40,051 bases of DNA from Clostridia bacterium. Lineage in GTDB: Bacteria; Bacillota; Clostridia; Oscillospirales; Acutalibacteraceae. Under the pieces are notes generated by a model that ran no database searches, was not told the origin of the DNA, and saw nothing but the letters and a program-made list of their open reading frames with translations. The translations under genes and the position numbers were made by a program. The stretch covers positions 1 to 40,051 of the forward strand of contig JAFNZJ010000134.1 in the NCBI GenBank assembly GCA_017382915.1, read 5' to 3'. Shown one piece after another: positions 37,725 to 40,051 of the stretch. The stretch's first letter is position 1. Each line of letters starts with the position of its first letter.

Positions 37725-37915
37725 TACAGTAATCCCTCCTTTTATGATTGTTACAAATTATGTGCCATAACATTTTATATTACGGTACATTATATTTTAC
37801 CACACATTACTAAAAAAAGCGAGTTACAATTTTTTAACCAAATGAAAATTTTAATTTTTTGCATATAACCCAAAAAATCAGGGCAAATTATTAAAAAAAG
37901 AAAAGGACCTTTTAA

Positions 37916-38230
37916 ATGAATATACGCCTTAAAACAGTTATACTTTCATTAACCTTTTTGGTGGCCGCACTTTCGGTGCTTTTTTCGGCAGTGGCTTCTG
38001 CTAAAGAGCCCTCTGCCCCACCCTATTCAAGCCAAAATGTAGGCAGTGGATATATTTTAACCGAATTTAATGGCAAGCTTTCGGTTTTTGAAAGCGGGCA
38101 AAATACACCTATAACCATTTTGGATGTGGTGGTTGAAACACTGCCCGAAAGAGATATTGAAAGCATTAAAAAAGGCATTAATTGTAAAACCTTTGCCGAA
38201 GCAATGCAAAGGGCTGAGGATTTTGAATAG
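37916..38230 (+). CDS. small secreted protein of unknown function (104 aa, signal peptide)
   Basis: Signal peptide ending ASAKE. The GYILTEFNGKLSVFESGQNTPITILDVVVETLPERDIESIKKGI pattern recurs in clostridial hypothetical proteins. Confidence 0.6.
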   Translation: MNIRLKTVILSLTFLVAALSVLFSAVASAKEPSAPPYSSQNVGSGYILTEFNGKLSVFESGQNTPITILDVVVETLPERDIESIKKGINCKTFAEAMQRAEDFE

Positions 38231-38269
38231 AAAAAGCCGCGGTAACGCTGACGCGTACCGCGGCTTTTT
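38231..38269. terminator. bidirectional intrinsic terminator
   Basis: AAAAAGCCGCGGTA-(11 nt)-TACCGCGGCTTTTT. Confidence 0.85.
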
Positions 38270-38346
38270 AACACATTAGGCTGCAAAAAGACATTGTTTT
38301 AGGCAAATTATTCCTAACCACAAGTCCCTTTGCTGTGGGTAAAATT

Positions 38347-39657
38347 TTAGTTACTACCTATATAGTTTGCGGGGTTTTGGAATTTACCGTTTTTATGCAC
38401 CTCAAAATGCAGGTGGTTACCGATAGAACGGCCTGTGGTACCAACTGCGGCAATAGTTTCACCGGCAGATACGGTATCACCAACCTTAACATAAAGTGCG
38501 CTGCAATGAGCATAAAGGGTTTCTAACCCGTTTTTATGTTTAATAATTATTCTGTAACCATAGCCCGAGCTACTCCAACCGGAGGTGGTAACTGTACCTG
38601 CCTCGGCAGCGTAAATGGGTGTGCCTTTGGGGGCGCAAATATCCATACCCTTATGTCCGCGTCCATCACCGAAATATGAGCTTACATATGAACGCTCAAC
38701 GCGTTTTACAGGCCAAAGCATAGGTGCGTTGCCGTTTTTATCGGCGGCTATAATACGCTTTGTACCAACAATTTCTTCCTGAACTGAAGGCTTGGTTAAA
38801 ACCTTTGATGCGATTTTAGTCTTTTTGGTAACCTTACCGTTATAGGTGGAAACCTTATAGGTAACCTCAGCACTGCCTTTAACACCCTTTTTGGTAACAA
38901 TGGTGGTGCCAACGGTATATTTATTGCTTTTGGTTTGAACCGTTTTATATGAAACCGCTTCGGTAACGGTTATGGTGCTTACTGTTTGAACTGCAAGCAG
39001 GTTGTTTTCACTATTTAAAAATGTATCAATTGTGGGCAAATTATTTTCATCTGCTTTTAAAGTATATACAGTTTGAACCTGCATATCATAGCAAAACTCA
39101 ACCTCTTGAAGGTTGTTTTTAACCTTATAATCTGCAAGGTAAGCATCAAGCTTTTGACTGATATTTTCACCCTTTGCAACATTTTTGCCATTGATTTTTA
39201 AAACGGTAGCGGTAACAATTTCATCAGAATGGTTTATTAAAATATCTGCAAGCTGTTTTGAGTCCTTAATTTCACCTGCGGTGGCAATTGTTTGCACCAA
39301 ATTAGGGCTAATTACCTTAGAACTGCAAACAGTGTTATTTATTTTTTGTGCGGCTAAAATTTCAGCCTCGGCAAGGGTTTTGGCATCCTTAACGGTTGCA
39401 ATAACCTCACCATCGTGCATTACCGAATAGCCTGTGGTGGCACCCGTTGCAAAAACAACGGTAACGGTTGAAGAAACCAAAATCACCACAGCAATAAGTG
39501 CTGCCAATACTCTGGGTGAATGCTTTAAAAACTTAACTGTATTGCCTAAAACGGGGCGAATAACCTTTTTAGCAGTTAAACGCACAGCTTTTTTAGTATA
39601 CATATATAAGTCCTTTGCCTTACAAACAATTTTATCAACAATTTGTTTATACTGCAT
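38347..39657 (-). CDS. M23-family metallopeptidase with N-terminal TM anchor and G5 domain
   Basis: HKGMDI, G.PIYAA..G.V and HLHFEV M23 motifs at the C-terminus. A G5-like segment is present (TKKGVKGSAEVTYKVSTYNGKV...). GGGAGGAA RBS. Confidence 0.88.
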   Translation of the reverse strand: MQYKQIVDKIVCKAKDLYMYTKKAVRLTAKKVIRPVLGNTVKFLKHSPRVLAALIAVVILVSSTVTVVFATGATTGYSVMHDGEVIATVKDAKTLAEAEILAAQKINNTVCSSKVISPNLVQTIATAGEIKDSKQLADILINHSDEIVTATVLKINGKNVAKGENISQKLDAYLADYKVKNNLQEVEFCYDMQVQTVYTLKADENNLPTIDTFLNSENNLLAVQTVSTITVTEAVSYKTVQTKSNKYTVGTTIVTKKGVKGSAEVTYKVSTYNGKVTKKTKIASKVLTKPSVQEEIVGTKRIIAADKNGNAPMLWPVKRVERSYVSSYFGDGRGHKGMDICAPKGTPIYAAEAGTVTTSGWSSSGYGYRIIIKHKNGLETLYAHCSALYVKVGDTVSAGETIAAVGTTGRSIGNHLHFEVHKNGKFQNPANYIGSN

Positions 39658-39684
39658 TTGTTATTCCTCCCTTTTTGATAGTTG

Positions 39685-39702
39685 GGTTACAAATTTGTAA
39701 CC
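39685..39702. promoter_or_regulatory. perfect 18-bp palindrome GGTTACAAATTTGTAACC in the M23 peptidase 5' leader (operator or UTR hairpin)
   Basis: Read directly from the sequence. It lies between the predicted -10 (39715-39720) and the RBS. Confidence 0.6.
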
Positions 39703-39714
39703 TGTTATGTTACT

Positions 39715-39742
39715 ATTATAACAAAAAGTTACAATTTTGCAA
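39715..39742 (-). promoter_or_regulatory. sigma-A-type promoter of the M23 peptidase gene
   Basis: On the minus strand: TTGCAA (39742-39737), 16-nt spacer ending in TGT, TATAAT (39720-39715). Confidence 0.6.
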
Positions 39743-39880
39743 CCTTTTAGGCGCCTTTGTAACTATTTTTGGGCGAAATAACCAACAAGCCGCTCGGCAT
39801 ATATGTTAATATTGAATAAAAATACAAGCATAATGTATATTTTTATAAAAAACGGGTCAACCTAATAGGTTGACACCCGA

Positions 39881-40000
39881 TAGGGAAGTATTTCTGTAAA
39901 ACAGGAGGAATTTGCCGCACAAATTCCCTGCTTGTTAAGGAAAAAGACAAAACCACCCGAAGAAGAACGAAAAATTCTTTTTCGGGTGGTATCTTTTTTT
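39881..40000 (+). ncRNA. second copy of the candidate structured module seen at 7501-7628
   Basis: TAGGG start, hairpin GAATTT/AAATTC (39908-39926), CCTGCTTG box, AAGACAAAAC box. Stem CCACCCGAAGAAGAA/TTCTTTTTCGGGTGG (39953-39989), then TATCTTTTTTT. Confidence 0.4.
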
Positions 40001-40051
40001 GTGAAGTTTCAAACCTATGGTTTGAAGTGAAGTTGTAATAAATTACAGTGA
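40000..40051. repeat. start of a 9-nt repeat array (AGTGAAGTT) with hairpin spacers, truncated by the window end
   Basis: tGTGAAGTT starts at 40000, AGTGAAGTT at 40026 and AGTGA... at 40047. Spacers are TCAAACC-TAT-GGTTTGA (17 nt) and GTAATAAATTAC (12 nt). The 26/21-nt spacing is the same as in copy 1. Confidence 0.7.

Noticed and set aside
39685-39720. Canonical WalR box (TGTWAH-N5-TGTWAH) in the M23 promoter
   Set aside because: The hexamers match, but the spacings I read are 4 and 6 nt, not 5. I report it only as a speculative resemblance within a finding.
1-40051. Search for defence islands, prophage or other horizontally acquired cargo
   Set aside because: Gene content is uniformly core housekeeping. 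It shows consistent compositional style by eye, typical operon synteny, and no integrase, transposase or tRNA boundary. There is no accessory island to report.

Overview
This is a moderately AT-rich chromosomal segment that looks like a spore-forming anaerobic Firmicute (Clostridia-like). That guess rests on gene content: spoIIIAF/AG/AH, a SipL-like DUF3794/LysM protein and the HydE/G/F [FeFe]-hydrogenase maturases. Almost all of it is conserved housekeeping. In order: the spoIIIA operon tail, asp23, pncB, a TM1266-like regulator with hydE-hydG-hydF, a minus-strand ACT-hom-thrB-lysC operon, a DUF3794/LysM sporulation-type protein, an MGMT-type alkyltransferase and glpK. Next come a zinc-ribbon/PASTA kinase-like protein with degenerate catalytic motifs and the full minus-strand rimP-nusA-ylxR-ylxQ-infB-rbfA-nrnA-truB-ribF operon. 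These are followed by an OmpR/HK two-component pair, a YfcE-type phosphoesterase, three small unknown genes, SanA/DUF218, pcrA, an orphan binding lipoprotein, DUF975, azlCD, PBP1A, a small secreted protein and a G5/M23 peptidase. I see no tRNA, rRNA, CRISPR array, transposase, integrase or recognisable defence genes. The most unusual signal is non-coding. A 373-bp element lies in the convergent hydF/lysC gap (7480-7852), and a second, window-truncated copy starts at 39881. Both share a hairpin module with compensatory base changes and an intrinsic-terminator-like stem. After it comes an array of 9-nt repeats (AGTGATATT in copy 1, AGTGAAGTT in copy 2) separated by unique mini-hairpins with the same 26/21-nt spacing. 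I cannot assign this to any family I know. Secondary observations are a shared AAATTGTAAC-type motif and an 18-bp perfect palindrome in cell-wall gene promoters, terminator-containing leaders ahead of the hyd and rimP-nusA operons, and the probable pseudokinase.
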